Source of the DNA: a virus
Virus genome (UHGV): UHGV-0093355
Reading direction: 5' to 3' (one strand)
DNA: 28,268 bases
This document shows, piece by piece, positions 28,100 to 28,268 of the stretch. The notes below the pieces were generated by a model that saw only the letters and a list, made by a program, of their open reading frames with translations, did not search any database and was not told the origin of the DNA. How positions within the stretch are numbered: the stretch's first letter is position 1; each line of letters begins with the position of its first letter. The translations under genes were made by a program, and so were the position numbers.

Positions 28100-28195
28100 A
28101 TCTGTTGTTTCATCCACTGACCAGTCAGGTCAAATAGCGTCTCATGTACTGCCCAACAGAAAATAGTTGCACCCATTAACCACGGAGTTAAACGG

Positions 28196-28268
28196 ATGAG
28201 TGACTATCATCACGGCGTGCAGGTGCTGGAGATTAACGACGGCACCCGCGTCATTTCCACTGTATCCA
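28196..28268 (+). CDS. FI: Tail sheath protein, 5-prime end only (P2 gpFI-like)
   Basis: MSDYHHGVQVLEINDGTRVISTVS recognised as the P2 FI N-terminus; runs off the window edge. Confidence 0.8.
   Translation, partial: MSDYHHGVQVLEINDGTRVISTVS

Larger units (their letters stand above)
858..28268. mobile_element. P2-family prophage, integrase-proximal part (right end outside window)
   Basis: Contiguous, syntenic set of recognisable P2 homologues from int to the start of FI, with att core at the left edge and an internal cos. Confidence 0.9.

Noticed and set aside
1-28268. CRISPR arrays, tRNA/rRNA genes, IS elements
   Set aside because: No regularly spaced short direct repeats, no tRNA-like cloverleaf candidates and no terminal inverted repeats with transposase ORFs were seen; the only repeat structure is the in-frame tandem repeat inside the tail fibre gene.

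Overview
The window holds about 860 bp of host flank (one small lipoprotein gene) followed by the integrase-proximal ~27.4 kb of a P2-family temperate prophage, in the canonical P2 gene order. From left to right: att core (858-884), int, repressor C, cox, an early/replication operon (B-like, four small ORFs including a TraR/DksA-type zinc finger, a PAPS-reductase-like gene, replication endonuclease A), cargo island 1, cos, Q and P (leftward), O N M L X Y K lysA lysB lysC R S, cargo island 2 (leftward), V W J I H G, cargo island 3 (two genes), and the first 24 codons of FI. The prophage right end (FII through ogr, second att) lies outside the window. Assignments of P2 homologues rest on my recognition of the translated ORFs and on exact length and order agreement with P2; no database search was run. 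The most interesting content is three AT-rich islands inserted in an otherwise ~50-55% GC backbone (GC judged by eye), sitting at the three classical P2 moron positions: A|Q (tin/old position), S|V (orf30 position) and G|FI (Z/fun position). I could not assign the 440-aa protein in island 1 or the 479-aa + 300-aa pair in island 3 to any family I know; these are the best candidates for an undescribed phage-exclusion system, but their function is inferred from position and composition only. No CRISPR array, tRNA, rRNA or IS element was seen.
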